DNA of 64,000 nucleotides from Eledone cirrhosa. Its lineage: Eukaryota. Both the position numbers and the translations under genes were made by a program. The stretch's first letter is position 1. Each line of letters opens with the position of its first letter. This document shows positions 29,590 through 45,787 of this stretch, one piece after another. The notes under the pieces are model-generated. The model was not told the origin of the DNA and did not search any database. It was given only the letters and a program-made list of their open reading frames with translations. The stretch is taken from NCBI GenBank assembly GCA_964016885.1, contig OZ024740.1, forward strand, positions 141,980,001-142,044,000, read 5' to 3'.

Positions 29590-30936
29590 TATATTTAGTT
29601 TGATTTATAATTATATGGGAAACTAGCCGATAAATCTTTGATTTCTTCTTTTTATTCTTTTTATTTTATTTTTATTTTTATTTAAACATTCTTCATGAAA
29701 AATTAAGCTACCCTAAAAGTTGATGCTCCAAATATTTCGAATAAACGTTACACTAGATAAACTTCTATATTAAATATAAGAACACATGTAGACCAAATGG
29801 GCATCCTAAACTTTTTGAAATGATCTTTGCTAGATGCGATTTGATAAATAATTTTTGACTTTATCTGTTTTTCGACTCTGATGCTTATAATGAACTTGGC
29901 AATATATTGTCAATTAATTTTGAAGGGTTGATCTTTGTGGTTTATTTTTATTATTGTAGTATTTTCTAATATTTTTATTTTTAATATTTTTAATATGTAA
30001 TATTTTTAATATGTAATATTCTTTCATAATATTTTTTAGTTTTCTATTTTATTATTACTTATCATTATTATTATTATTGTTATTTTTTGGTTTTTGTTTC
30101 TGATATATATATTTTTATTAGTATATTGAAATCTGCTCTCTATTTCTGCTTGATAGATAATCTGGTAGAGTAAAGACAGGAATAGTAGTAATATTGACTC
30201 TATATATATTTGTGTGTATATATATACACATATATGTATACTTAAATTTTTATAGCACATTGAGAATGTTTTCCGTGAACCTAGGGTTTGCAGAGTTGAT
30301 CATGTAAATTCACATAGATGTTTGTAGTTATCACATAAACATATGAATTTTAAAAAAAAACTAAACATAAGATCATTACTTTTCACACATTATGGATACA
30401 TGTCTCATTCAGGAATACTGATATTTACAATATAGTGGCTGGTTTTTATACATACTAATACCTCTACATTAAAACATAGGGTTTTTATGCCTCGCCTATG
30501 TCTGGTTATTTTTAATTTTTCTCTCTATATAACAGCTGGTTTCTCTCCTAACCACATATATCTCCCTTACATTAATACTAGAGCTAAATAAATAAATAAA
30601 TAAATGTATCATTGATACGTTTACTCAACGGACGTCCCACTACCTAGTTTTCTATATATATATATATCTGTCTCTATTTCCTCTCTCTCTCTCTATATAT
30701 ATATCTCTCTGTTTATTTACATGAAGTTCTTCTCTTTATCTATCTTTCCATCTCTCTATTTTGTTCCATGCATTTCTTCTTTTTTCTTCTTTTTCTTCGT
30801 TTTCTGTCTTTCTTTCCTTTTTTCTCTCTTTCTTTCTCCCTGTGTACAATTTTTTCACTGCCAATTCAACTTTTCAAATACAAGTCGATGTTGTTACGGT
30901 ATGTCAAATCTATTTATCTATAAAACTGTTTATATT

Positions 30937-31003
30937 GTATTTTGTCTGAGGAAGGCATAGCATATTGTTAATATGATATCCCTGAAATATATATAATGAA
31001 ATA
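30937..31003 (+). ncRNA. HHR in 3' pLTR
   Basis: Identical motif 3806 bp downstream. Confidence 0.8.
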
Positions 31004-31044
31004 AATATGGTTTTATAAATATAGTTTCCATTTATTTAATATTG

Positions 31045-31428
<384 letters not shown>

Positions 31429-31429
31429 T

Positions 31430-31534
<105 letters not shown>

Positions 31535-31921
31535 TTACAAAATAGAGTAAGAAACCAGAACTATCCATCATCAGTGAACTTCTGGCCATTATAGGTATTT
31601 CTTCACATTAAAGATCATATACCTCAGGCCAGCACGAGCAATAACCAAATAAAGTTATTGGGATAAAAAGAATTGGGTGGAGAAAGAGAGACATGTAAAT
31701 AAACAAGAATGGTAAGGCAACGTAAAGGGTGAAAAATCAAGTCAGTGATACAAGTGAACATAAGATCTGGCGAATAATTGACGAGAAGACGAAAGACGCA
31801 TCCAACCCTTTGTCAGGTTTTGTTTTTTGTCCCGCAGGGTGTCCAAAATCACCCTCCTCACCAAGTAAACTATATATATATATACACACATACATATATA
31901 TATATGTATATATATATATAT

Positions 31922-31997
<76 letters not shown>

Positions 31998-32029
31998 AAC
32001 ATTGCAAACTTGACTGTCACCACACATTA

Positions 32030-32068
32030 TGAACCTGAAGATTGCGAAAGCATGAAAGTACTTGTTCA
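32030..32068 (+). ncRNA. Minimal HHR in a short insert between TA tracts
   Basis: TGAAC-CTGAAGA-TTGC(GAAA)GCAT-GAAA-GTAC-TT-GTTCA. Confidence 0.8.
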
Positions 32069-32199
32069 ATTAACACTTAACATTTAATATTCTACCATAC
32101 TAGTTCATTCTAATACCATTATAAATTTTAAAGGATTGTAAATAAAACGAGTAAATCAGACAAAGTTGGAATTCCTTTTATTAATATATATATATATAT

Positions 32200-32395
32200 A
32201 TAACGAAGGAAGTGTGGTCAGGAACCAGATAGACCATAAGGCACCAGAGTACTCAATACGTAGGGTAGTAGGTGGGTAATAGGAAAATGTTCAAGACCCC
32301 GACGGCAGAGCTCAAGCCGTTTCGACTGCTATTTCTGGACTCAGAAATAGCCGTCGCAACGGCTTGAGCTCTGCAGTCGGGGTCTTGAACATTTT

Positions 32396-32400
<5 letters not shown>
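32200..32400. mobile_element. Fold-back PLE-end element, same family as 31232
   Basis: Hairpin 32279-32400 plus inverted tail. Confidence 0.8.
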
Positions 32401-32456
<56 letters not shown>

Positions 32457-33016
32457 TGTATATATATATAGAGAGAGAGAGAAAGGGTGACACCAATGTT
32501 TATTGTTCTTTAACAATTCCTTTGAAAATAGATATGTTATCCGAGATCTATCAAGACTACTTGCTATAAGCCCATTATATTCGGCTAGTCGCCAGCTAAC
32601 ACGCAGTCCTCATCATATTAAGTTTGCTCTATCGCATCGTCGGAATGGTCGGTTATTTACGAATCGGAAGTAGTAAGGGAATTTATAACTAGAAAATTAA
32701 TGAACTTTTAGTTGATTCGCACAAAGCTAATTAATGTTAATTAAATCTATGCATAGGATGATCAGATTTGATACATTTTCTGTAGACTTCTGTTCAAATG
32801 CATTTCAGTGTGTGCCTGTGTGTGCCTTTTGTATGTGTATTCGTGTGCACACATGCCTATCGGTTTTATATGTGGCAGTGTTAGCAGAGTTATTATAACG
32901 GCGAATAGACTGGTTCGTAGTATTCATGTCAACTCTCTGTACACTGAGTTCACATTTCACTGAAGCCATCTTCGGCTTTATTCATTTCGAGGTCGATAAA
33001 TAAAATACCAATACTT

Positions 33017-33060
<44 letters not shown>

Positions 33061-33260
33061 GGAAGAAATCGGTTTTGTCCAGATGTAGAGAGTAATGAAC
33101 CTCCCACCAAGTTTAAATGCCCCGTCAAACGGAGAGCAGGGCTCGCGGATAGAAGGATGAATGGACGTTTCGGTGTAAATGTTTGCATGTGTGCAACTTA
33201 TTCCGAATCTCATTCTCTGCCTCTCTTTTTTCCTTTCTTTCTACCTTCCTCTCTTTTTTC

Positions 33261-33315
<55 letters not shown>

Positions 33316-33845
33316 TTTTCTTTCTTTCTTCTTTCTTCCTTTCTTTTTTTCTCTTTCTCTCTCTCTCTCACGTGTGTGTCGATGTTTTATTGTGTATCCA
33401 TATCAAACATAACAGATCAGTCAAAACTTCAGTCTCAAACAGACTTATCAATATCTGAATCTTTGTTCTCCGCTTTCACTCAGTCACTTATCACACGCAC
33501 ACGCACACATACAGAGTCACACACGCACACACACACACATACACTATCTCTCTCGCTCTTACACACACACTCCCCCCCTCTATATCTTTCACTATTTCTC
33601 TTTCATTTACTGTTTTTTCTTCTTGTTATTCAGGCCATCATCAGAATCTCACTTTATTTTTGTCAGTTTTCAACTCTTTGGGTCTGAACATAGCATATTT
33701 CTTTCAGAGGAGAAAGGGCGATGGAGAGAAGTGCGAAAGAGGTATATAGGAATAAATGACACGAGTATTGGATTAGGACTTTTTTATTGACTTCGGCTGA
33801 ATTTGAATTCAGACCGCAATTCAGATGTTTATATATGTATATATA

Positions 33846-33883
<38 letters not shown>

Positions 33884-33916
33884 GTGGCGAATTGGCATAT
33901 ATATAAATATATATAC

Positions 33917-34045
33917 GTTTATCCCAGGTTCAATCGGGGGTAACCACAGTAAGAAGGTACTCAATACAAAGCAGAGTATAAAGCTTCCCGATGATTTCTC
34001 ACGAATGAAACAGTTCTAGTCCTGTAGAAGCTTTTCTATATTAAA
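33917..34045. mobile_element. Inverted tail + HHR (CCGATGA core) of the 6657 family
   Basis: AAAGCTTC-CCGATGA..GAAA-CAG..CTG-TA-GAAGCTTT at 33980-34034; 33917-33980 is the reverse complement of ~6782-6850. Confidence 0.75.
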
Positions 34046-34061
34046 TATATATATATATTAT

Positions 34062-34135
34062 ATGAAAAGAGTCTGGACCCCGACGGCTGAGCTTCGGCCG
34101 TTTCGACATCTAGATCCGAACTAACCCACCAGTAT
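34062..34135 (-). mobile_element. PLE-end fragment of the 18325 family
   Basis: Reverse complement matches 18365-18430 and 35420-35475. Confidence 0.7.
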
Positions 34136-34469
34136 ATTCGTGTGTGTGTGTGTATGTTTGTGTGTGAGTGTGTGTTTGTGTGTGAGTGTGTGTTTGAGTG
34201 TGTGTGTGTGTCCGTGTGTGTGTGAGAGTGAGTGTGAATGTGTGTGTGTGCATGTGTGTGTTATAGGTATGCATGTATGCAAACATAAAGAAGTCGATTT
34301 GGCAGAGTCATTAGAACTTTGGAAATTTGTTTCGGGGTCTTGGCGTTCTGAGTTCAAATGCCTCTCATTCACTCTGATGCCAGTCTCTTTCCTTCAAGCG
34401 GACACAGGCTGGATGCTGTGATGGATCAATGGGGTGGCGGCCGAGAGGTCGTCATCCTTCAGGACTCGA

Positions 34470-34733
34470 TGGTTATCTAAAACTCTCAACGAAATCACAA
34501 TACATACTAACAAGTCAAACTCGATATCGTATTATCTAGTTTAATTATTTATGTATAAATATTATACATATATGTGTGAGGAGGATTAAAGTCTATTACA
34601 GTTTCAGTCAAACATGAAATTAGATTCGTCCATATATTTCTGAATACATTATATGAAATTAATAGTCCGTTATATCGGTACGAAACACTGAACGATTGCG
34701 TCTGTATGTAGTCACTTATATATATATATACAA

Positions 34734-34788
<55 letters not shown>

Positions 34789-34838
34789 AGTGTGTACATT
34801 TCCTCCATAATGAGTTATCTATCGGTCTCTCTCTTTCT

Positions 34839-34881
<43 letters not shown>

Positions 34882-35130
34882 GGTGTCTGTGTGTGCGTGT
34901 GCGAGTGACCACATGCGCACGCAAACTTACGGATTTCTGCAATTAATTTCACATAATGTATGCATAAATGTATGCACGAATATAATTTCATGTTTCACTG
35001 AAACTGAAATACACATTACTTCTCTTCATTCATATATGTATACATAAATAATTAAACTACAGCCGTCACTCAGTATCGAGTATGACATAGTAGTGTATAA
35101 CATGGTTTCGCTTAGAGTTTTAGGTAACCA
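34470..35130. mobile_element. Old MITE-like inverted-repeat element enclosing microsatellites
   Basis: Diverged ~200-bp inverted arms (34470-34665 / 34940-35130). Confidence 0.55.
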
Positions 35131-35289
35131 TGGTGTCACATATATATATATATTATAAATGTAAACATGTAAGTATGTTTTTTGAAACGGTGCGCGAGTT
35201 TGAAATTAGAAATTATAAGCTTTCACCGTATTTTAGACTAAAGAAATTTCTAGCCTGATATATGTATGTATATATATATACATATATGT

Positions 35290-35343
<54 letters not shown>

Positions 35344-35369
35344 CTGTGTGTGTGTGTATATATATATAT

Positions 35370-35550
35370 CGGAAAAGAGTCAGAACCCCGATGGCTGAGC
35401 TCCGGCTGTTTCGAACAGTTCGGATCTAGCTGTCGAAACGGCCGGAGCTCAGCCGTCGGGGTCCTGACTCTTTTCCTATTACCCACTCTACTACCCTAAG
35501 TATCGAGTACTCTGGTGCCTTATGCTCCACCTGGTTTCTTACCACACTTT
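35370..35550. mobile_element. Fold-back PLE-end element, 18325 family
   Basis: Hairpin 35371-35476 plus tail. Confidence 0.8.
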
Positions 35551-35754
35551 ATATATATATATACACACACACACATGGATACATATATAGATAGAATTGA
35601 CAGCGACAACATGCATAGTAATATTTTTAATTCAATACTTTTTTGGCTACAGCATTCTATGTAAAGAGTCTTGAATCATCTATATTTCGTTTTTCCATAT
35701 TTTCATATTTTCCTTAATTATTATTAAACATATATTCACTAAATTACGGTGATT

Positions 35755-37122
<1,368 letters not shown>

Positions 37123-37151
37123 GGCAAATAAAGAAACATATCTATCTATCT

Positions 37152-37251
<100 letters not shown>

Positions 37252-37339
37252 TTACACAAGTATCAAAGTTATGTTTAAAATATTTAATCGCTGACAATTG
37301 TTTCTTCCAAACTTAAGTTTGAGGTCCTCGGAGCATTAT

Positions 37340-37450
37340 TAATCCCGCCGAGGTTAACTTTGCCTTTCATCCTTACGGGCTCGATAAAATAAAGTACCAG
37401 TAATGTACTGTGAATTGCTAGCCTTGTGCCTAAAGTAGAAACAATTATTA
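37340..37450 (+). mobile_element. 5'-truncated S1 SINE
   Basis: Body and tail match the S1 copies. Confidence 0.8.
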
Positions 37451-37457
37451 ATGTTTT

Positions 37458-37540
<83 letters not shown>

Positions 37541-37699
37541 TTAGATTGATATTAGGATTTGTGCTTTGTTATGATATTGTTCTTCTTGTCCGATTAGTGA
37601 TTTTAATGTCCCATCTCGCCAGCCCCCCCCCCCTCTATTTTGAATTCATGTTCTGAAGACTTTTAAACTATCATATAATAGTCGTCACTTCGCCCGATC

Positions 37700-38350
37700 T
37701 GTCTTTCCCTATTCTCTCTTCTTATCTTTTCCACACTTGAGTGCCATTCTTCTTTGTCAACACGTTGGACTGCAGTTCATATTATTCTTTCCTGTTTCTC
37801 TCCTTTCTATATTATTTCTCAATAGGCTAAGCCCTCGCGCACCTTTCTACCCCTTTGTCAATTGATGAACTTGGGATACTTTTTCACTTTTAATTGGCCG
37901 GAAGACCTAAATTGTCATGTCTTTGTCTGTAACTGTTTTCATAGAATCATCCATGTGCACTGGAATGAACGGTATCAACTGTAAATACCGAAACTGTAGT
38001 GCCTTTGTTTTCGATAACTTCAACTGATATATGTTGATACCTTTTGTCAGTAGTTTGTATGCCGTGTTTCCTGCAGTGAAAGTTAAGGCAAACTTTTCAG
38101 GCCTTCTTATATACTCTTTCTATGCCAACATATTACACCTTCCAACTATATGCAAGGCCTTCTCAACATGCTCTCCACAAAATCTAAATCTATTATTCTA
38201 TAAATATCTCTGATCGAATTTGTGTTCAAGGCTTGTTCTTGAGTACTGCTTGAACTTGTTCCTGAGTCAGTTCCTAATTTCATTAGTTTGTACAGCTTTC
38301 GTTTTTTACCTCGTAATTACCACTTTTTAAAATTCTATCTGCAAGCCCAT
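37700..38350 (-). pseudogene. Degenerate R4/Dong-type LINE fragment (CCHC region)
   Basis: QEQALNTN..FCGEHVE..HIVG.C..LA.KEYIRR. Confidence 0.6.
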
Positions 38351-38399
38351 TGCTGTAACCTCATTTGACATTATCATGTGAACCCGTTATAACTTTCTA

Positions 38400-39500
38400 T
38401 ATTTAAAAGGGATATTTGATTGTAAATGTTTGAAATACTTATATTTTTAGGGGAAGCAATCCCTCCCAACAGCATTTAAACAAAAGGATCTATCTTATAA
38501 TGTATTGTAAAGCTTTGCATGTCCATTCCGATAAAACCGGTAATCTATATCAGGTCAAGAAGCATTCTTACCCCCGATTGATCTGACCAAATTTTACCTG
38601 AAAACCGACCGGAATTTGGTAAGCGTTATTGATGACGCAGGTCATAAGATTACTTCAAAATTAAATCTCCTGGACTGGACAAAGCCTCTGAATTCTGTTA
38701 CTCCTCATTTTACTCTGAAGGAGTGATTGATTAGTTTAAGTAAGGAATATTGCCGTTTTATTCAATTTCACATCAATAACTATTATTCTTCTCTTACCTT
38801 ACTGCTACTTCTTAGGCAATTAATTTTGCCAAAACAAATACTGAGATCAAGGATTTCGAAGTTGATGTCATTTTAAACGCTCGTAAAACTATATAAACTT
38901 TAATAATTCTATTTTATTAAGGACAACAAATAACCTTTGAGGTGACCATTGGATGCAAACGATTCGAGAGAGGTCACAAACCTTATTCATCTATTCTTAC
39001 TATTCTCTATTAAGGAAGAATTCCCCCATGTAAATGGAGGGTCTGTACTTTGATAATGGTATTCTGACTATGACTAGGCGCAGATCCCTTGATACGTTTC
39101 AGAAGGAGCTTATCGCTTTTTTAAAGGTTTCAACACCTCTGTAAAAATCGATGCAAACCTATCCGTGATGAATTTTCTTGATCTAACTCTAATATGTCGA
39201 ATGGTCTGTAATACCATATAGAAAACACAATGAAACTTTAAATTACATTAATAAATCTTGCAACCACCCAACCAGCATAACTAACCTCGGGATTAGAAAT
39301 GTCTCACTGAGGCTTTCCCGTTTATCAACTAACCAGCAGATCTTTAACGATCATTTCAAATACTATAATAAAGTTCAGGTTCTGAGTAAATTTCTAGAAA
39401 ATGTAGAATAGATTAAATACGAGCATCGACTTAGGAAACATAGAACTAGATGCCTTATATGGTATAATCTACCATATAATATAGAAGAGGCCTAAGCTTT
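38400..39500 (+). pseudogene. Highly decayed Naiad-type PLE RT
   Basis: Remnants SDKTGNLY, IQF.INNYYS, FEVTIG, NFLDLTL, YINKSCNHP. Confidence 0.7.
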
Positions 39501-40082
39501 TCTTACATTAATTATCCTTAAAGATGTTAATGCACATTCTCTATTATGATTAATCATACACTTCTCAGTTGAATTAGTACAAGGGATACCGTACCATTAC
39601 TCTTTATTTCTGAAATATTTAGCTTACATATTACTATCTCTATTATCATTATTTGGAGTTTTCTCGCTATTTTGATGTTTCTAGCGGTTTTGCCATTCGA
39701 GCACCAAGGTAAATCCCTCGACCTCAGGTGCTCGGCACATCTCAGTATTAAGGTTTTTTCTGCTGTCCCCAAAGCCCCAATTATTATTGGTATTACATGG
39801 ACTTTCTTGCATTTTCATACTTTAAGTAATTCCATTTTTCTACATTTTCTGTTTTTTTTCCTTGACTCAAAAATCCACTTTACAGCATTCTTCTTCTTCG
39901 TGAATATTCACGCACACTCACACATACAAACATGTACACACGTGCGCTTGCACACACACTTGTACACACATTCTTTTAGTAAGGAATCAATCTTGCTACT
40001 TCTGTATGTATGTATGTATGTATGTATGTATGTATGTATGTATGTATGTATGTATGTATGTATGTATGTATGTATGTATGTA

Positions 40083-40350
40083 TGGCTTTGTGCAGTGCCT
40101 TTGCTCACTATAAAAGCTTCACGGCACAGGCATTGCTTTATATCTGGAGATCTCTCTGCACTTGTCATCACATGGTACCATGGGCCCAGCACTATGTGTC
40201 AATAATTGTAACAAGTGTAGTGTTTGTACCAGAGTTTTCAAGTCGCTGGCTGGACTAAAAAGTCACACTCGTTCAGCGCATCGGTAGGGGTTCTCCTACA
40301 TGGATATAAAGTAGTGACCGTACTCGAAAACGAGTTGGCAGCCACCATGT
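40083..40350 (+). mobile_element. 3' end of an RTE-type LINE with (TATG)n tail
   Basis: CSVCTRVFKSLAGLKSHTRSAHR*; near-identical copy at 41649-41915. Confidence 0.65.
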
Positions 40351-40424
40351 ATGTATGTATGTATGTATGTATGTATGTATGTATGTATGTATGTATGTAT
40401 GTATGTATGTATGTATGTATGTAG

Positions 40425-41270
40425 GTATGTTCTGGTTTTATAATTTCACAAAGTTTTACCAATAGAGAGAGAGTCGGTTTCTAACATAGACACAAGACTC
40501 TCTCATTGGAATTTACACAACATCAACTAGGTAGGTATGTAGGTATGTATGCATGTGTAGATATGGATGTTATTGTATGTGTAGATGTGTATGTCTTGAG
40601 TTGTATGTGTGCATGTGTATATGCTTTGTATCTGTACATGTGTATATGCAGTTATTAGATGCAAAATTTTTGGAATGTTTTACATAATTTTACTGTTCCA
40701 TTAATGGATTGTACTTGTAATTTCCTAACTAGTTGTGTTCTTTCTGTTCCTGTGAAGCCCAGCTTCTCAAGATTTGTATTGAGGCAGTTACTAACATACC
40801 CCAGTGCCCCAATACTCAGAGGCATAAATCTGAAGGTGTAATCAGGGTGGAGTATGTGCAGATTTCTCATCAGTTCTGCATAAATATTCTCCTTTTCACT
40901 AATCTTTGATATTATATTGGCATCTGCTGGGCAGCTAATTTCCACTACTGTGCATGGTTTCTTCTCCCTGTCCCATATCATAATATCTGGTCTGTTATGC
41001 CTGCATTTTATTGGGGTTTTTACTGGAACATTCCACCAGTACTCTTTCATATTATGTACATGGATGTCTTCCACATTGCTGTAGCTTTAATGTATTTATT
41101 ATCGGGGCTATCTTTTTTACGAACTGCATTGTACAGTATTTTGGGCACTACATCATGCCTCATAGGTAGATAGTACCGCGATGACATCTTTGGGCAGCTG
41201 CTGATGACATGGGTGATATCCTCGATGATAGTTCTGCAGAGTCTGCACTTGTTATCACATCTAGGTGTTT
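40425..41270 (-). pseudogene. R4/Dong-type LINE 3' fragment (CCHC + restriction-like endonuclease)
   Basis: CRLCR..EDITHVISSC, RPDIMIWD..VVEISCP..K..Y, IGALG; (CATA)n tail. Confidence 0.85.
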
Positions 41271-41304
41271 TGCCTGCATGTATGTATGTATGTATATATA
41301 TATG

Positions 41305-41580
41305 TCAGGTCACCAGTTGGTGCTACTGGTAACATGTATCCCAGTACAACCTGACCCATGGTCGGGTCGTTGGCGACTAAACTGGCAACCCCACCAAGGT
41401 TTCTTGGTGAGGAGGGTGACTTTGGACATCCTGCAGGACTAAAAACAAGACCTGTCAAAGGGCAAAGGAGCTCTTAAGAGTCAATGGCCATCCAAAATCA
41501 CCGGGAGAGATGACCCTTTAGCCTTTGTCAAGGCAGAATTCTAGGAGAAGGAAAACTCTGATATAACACCTGCAACTCTG
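41305..41580 (+). mobile_element. Repeat resembling an RTE 5' region; partial copy at 31800-31870 (-)
   Basis: Shared CTTGGTGAGGAGGGTGA..TGGACA.CCTGC; AGAAGGAAAACTCTGA motif. Confidence 0.45.
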
Positions 41581-41648
41581 ATGGTATCCAATGATGTTGA
41601 CTTGTTCTTCTTTTTGATAAATATCATCTTGGTTAAGAGAGTGGGACT

Positions 41649-41915
41649 GGCTTTGTGCAGTGCCTTTGCTCACTATAGTAGCTTCACGGCACAGGCATTG
41701 CTTTATATCTGGAGATCTCTCTGCACTTGTCGTCACATGGTACCATGGGCCCAGCACTATGTGTCAATATTTGTCACAAGTGTAGTGTTTGTACCAGAGT
41801 TTTCAAGTCGCTGGCTGGACTAAAAAGTCACACTCGTTCAGCGCATCGGTAGGGGTTCTCCTATATGGATATAAAGTAGTGGCCGTACTCGAAAACGAGT
41901 TGGCAGCCACCATAT
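41649..41915 (+). mobile_element. Second RTE 3'-end copy
   Basis: Near-identical to 40083-40350. Confidence 0.65.
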
Positions 41916-42289
41916 ATGTATGTATCTATGTATGTATGTATGTATGTATGTATGTATGTATGTATGTATGTATGTATGTATGTATGCATGTATTCACTTC
42001 AAAATCTTAACATTTCCTGTTACATCCCTTTGCATGTATTCTTCTTCTTCTTCTTCTTCTTCTTCTTCTTCTTCTTCTTCTTCTTCTTCTTCTTCTTGGT
42101 GGTGGTGGTGGTGAGCTCGTGTAAGTGTGTTGTTTTAACACCTTCTTTTGGCATGTAAGGGGAAGCAGTTTTCCTGTCTGGAGGTTGTGTGGTGGACCAG
42201 ATTGAAAGGACTGAAGACAGACACTTTTCTATTCATTCAACCCATCATCAACTTTTTCAAGTTTCATTTGGAAAAAAAGTGATAGAAGA

Positions 42290-42600
42290 AAGTACATTTG
42301 CTAAAAGGTGGGTGGATGTGGCATGAGTGGCCCGTGTGAATGCGCCTACACTGAGCATGCGCATGTAGGCTGGTTGATTTGAGGAGGAGAGGGATACTCT
42401 CGAAGCGTCGGGTGGTTCAGGAAATTGTGGGTTACCTGAGTCGCCCCTGGGTAGTTCTCCTCCAATTGGGGAATTTTCATTGTTGTATTTCTTTTGTTAA
42501 TTGGTATTGTTTTTGTTCATATTTCTACTCGATGTTTTTTGTAAAACCCCCACTGCCCCTGTCTATTGTATTGTCCTATATATTCAGGCCAATAAAGAAA
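42290..42600 (+). mobile_element. Diverged Tx1 3' end
   Basis: RWVDVA*VARVNAPTL aligns with the end of the 35772 ORF; AATAAAGAAA. Confidence 0.65.
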
Positions 42601-42979
42601 GCATTATTAGCATTATTAATAAATTTACAAGCTCGATTAATATAATTTTCTATAAATGAAAGTGAGAAATTTTCAAGTATTCCGATTATTGAAAAAGCAA
42701 AATGGATTTTTACTTTGCGCGCATTAGATCTAACTACTTCCGTAAATGATATAATTACATCTATTTTATTTTGTCTGCGAACTTATTGCTGTAACTACAT
42801 TGATAATATTCACGCGACACCTTTAAATCTTTCTATACTTAAATGCGATATTTACTAGCAATTGTTGTGAAATATTTATATCCGTGTCTAGGGATTGATA
42901 TATTTTTCACTTTCGAAAGTTCCTGCGTTAGGGTGAAAGCAGAAATTGTTTGTTTACATTTTTAATCTGTGCTAATAAT

Positions 42980-43020
<41 letters not shown>

Positions 43021-43110
43021 AGCGCGTCATGCTCACGCCTGGAATGCCTTTGATCATACGTCTTTTCAATCAGGGCTAATTTGGTGCTAAACAAGAATAT
43101 GTTAACACGC

Positions 43111-43147
<37 letters not shown>

Positions 43148-43165
43148 TGTATATATATATATACA

Positions 43166-43229
<64 letters not shown>

Positions 43230-43753
43230 CTTTCTGAACATCCTCCACCCACTCGATTTACATAAGATTTTTACATTTCCCATTAAAGACTTTTCTAGGC
43301 GTTCAAAAAATGAAAACAACGAAAACAATAGAAACACGCAAACTCAAACACAAAACAGCAGCACTTGAATTAATGGAAATTTTTTTGAATAACGAGATAT
43401 TTATCGGAAATCAATTATATTTCTATGAATAAATCAACAGCCGCGTCTTCTACTTGTGTACAGAAGTAGAGAGTCGACTGTAGGAATTACTTCATATGGC
43501 AGTTTATGTGACGAAATGTGCCTGACCATATCAAGACTACATACATACATACATGTGTGTTTGTGTGCGTGCAGGTGTGTGTATGGCTTTGAACTCCTGG
43601 GGGGTCATAGGGGCTCCATTATGACATACAGTGTGTATTGGGCAATAAACTTGGCGGAGCTCTTCTTTCATCGTGTTTGAAAGAAGCCGATTTCCTCAAG
43701 AGCAAGAAGAAAATGAGAGAGAGAAAAGAAGAGAGAGAGAGAGGGGGGGGAAG

Positions 43754-43808
<55 letters not shown>

Positions 43809-44258
43809 AGAAATAAAGAGAGTGAGAAAGAGAGAGAGGGGGGAGAAATAAAGAGAGTGAGAGAGAGAGAGAGAAAGATGATATATAGAGGAAGAATCGA
43901 TCTCACCACTGCTCTAGTACATTATTTATCGATCTTGAAAGGATGATCGGTGAGGTTGACTTCGACGGAATTTGAACTTTGAGTGCAGAGAGCCAGAACA
44001 CAATGCCAAGCATTCAGTCCGACTTTCTAATTATTCTGCTAATTCGCCGCTTTTGTCAAGATTATGAGACAATACAAATTTAAATAATACACATAAAGGC
44101 GTAGGCAATATTGGGTGGTTTAGGAGTTCGCTTGGCATTCACCTGGTTTCTAGTTTGGGCATGTCATCAGAAGTTCAGACCTCATGGGTGGATGGATATA
44201 AATTACAAGTAGCAATAGTAGTAATAGTAGTAGCATTAACAGTAACAGTAACTATTAC

Positions 44259-44290
<32 letters not shown>

Positions 44291-45336
44291 ATAGCTATAT
44301 CCTCCATTCGAATGTTTCAGTTTGTATGGTTTATACAGAGCATGAATCAAATTCATATCATGAATCAAACCGAATTTATTTCCTCCTTTTCGGTCACACT
44401 CTTTTTTGAAATATATAAACACGCGCATATATGCGTACACAGATTCACACACCATAAGTAATATATCCCTTAATCTTCAATTCTTACAAAGAATACACAT
44501 CCCCGCCATTTGCCATCGTACAGTATAAATAATTTCTTTCTCCCAAAGTCCATTATACATTGTTGAAGCTGCAAACTTCTTTAGAACAAATATTCTGACA
44601 TCTCCTATATGGATTATATTGACACAAATTTCCCCATGCCTTCCAAATACTAATTTCTATAGAGGATTATCCCATCAGCTTACTATGCATCACATCTGAA
44701 TATCCAAGTTGCCTCGCCATACAGTATTTTCAAAGAGATTTTCAAACCAAAATTACACTTTAAATGGAACGCAATATCAAAATATTTATGGACCCCCGTC
44801 GGTTCCGTGGATAAGTGTTCTGATTGTTTGATCAACGGAACAGCTTGCTTCTGAAATTAACGTACAAGTGGCTGAACATTCCTTAGAAATATGTACCCTT
44901 AATGTAGTTCTCAAGAGGATTCAGCGCGATACACTGTGTGATAAGACTGACCCTTTGAATTTCATGCAAAATTAATTTTTTACATAAGAAATACGAATAT
45001 AAATAATAATTGGTATTAAAAACATCTTACACCTTACTGTTTGAGCACAAAACGGATCAGAGTTGTTCTTATGACTGCTCCACACATGCACATAGGAAAG
45101 ATCCCTTGAAACAGGTCGCATCAATTTATTATTATTACTTTTTTTTGTTTTTTTCATTTGAAAAGAAGGTATTTACCTTATAATATCATGATAAAATATA
45201 TTGGATAAAAAATATTATTTTGTTTGGTTTTGTTTGTCATCTTTTACCCCAATTCCACCTTTATATAATCCCACCGCATTGTATCGGCTTCCTGAACTTC
45301 TTAGCACTTATTACATATCTCCCGATGCTTCATGTT

Positions 45337-45442
<106 letters not shown>

Positions 45443-45515
45443 AATAAGGGAGATGGTTTTATTCATACATCTTTATTTCATTCCTTATACGTATTTCGAC
45501 GATGTCAGGTAGTTA

Positions 45516-45613
45516 AATAATCGTTTCTACTTTTGGCACAAGGCCAGCAATTACACAGTGCATTACTGATACTTTATTTTATCGACCCCGTAAGGATGAA
45601 AGGCAAAGTTAAC
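45516..45613 (-). mobile_element. Truncated S1 SINE
   Basis: Reverse complement of the S1 body and tail. Confidence 0.8.
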
Positions 45614-45616
45614 CAA

Positions 45617-45787
45617 AGGTAGTTATATAATAACCCCTTCACACGTTCTCTTCAAACAAACATAGGAACGAGATGTAATTTTCCATTGATATGCTACCAG
45701 TCGGACGTGTTATTCACCTCGCCGACCAGTACACATATATATACTGTCTGAAAAGAACCTGTAAGAGGTTCATTATATAACTACCTT
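45617..45787. mobile_element. Small MITE-like element
   Basis: ~43-bp imperfect terminal inverted repeats AAGGTAGTTATATAAT.. / ..ATTATATAACTACCTT. Confidence 0.55.
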
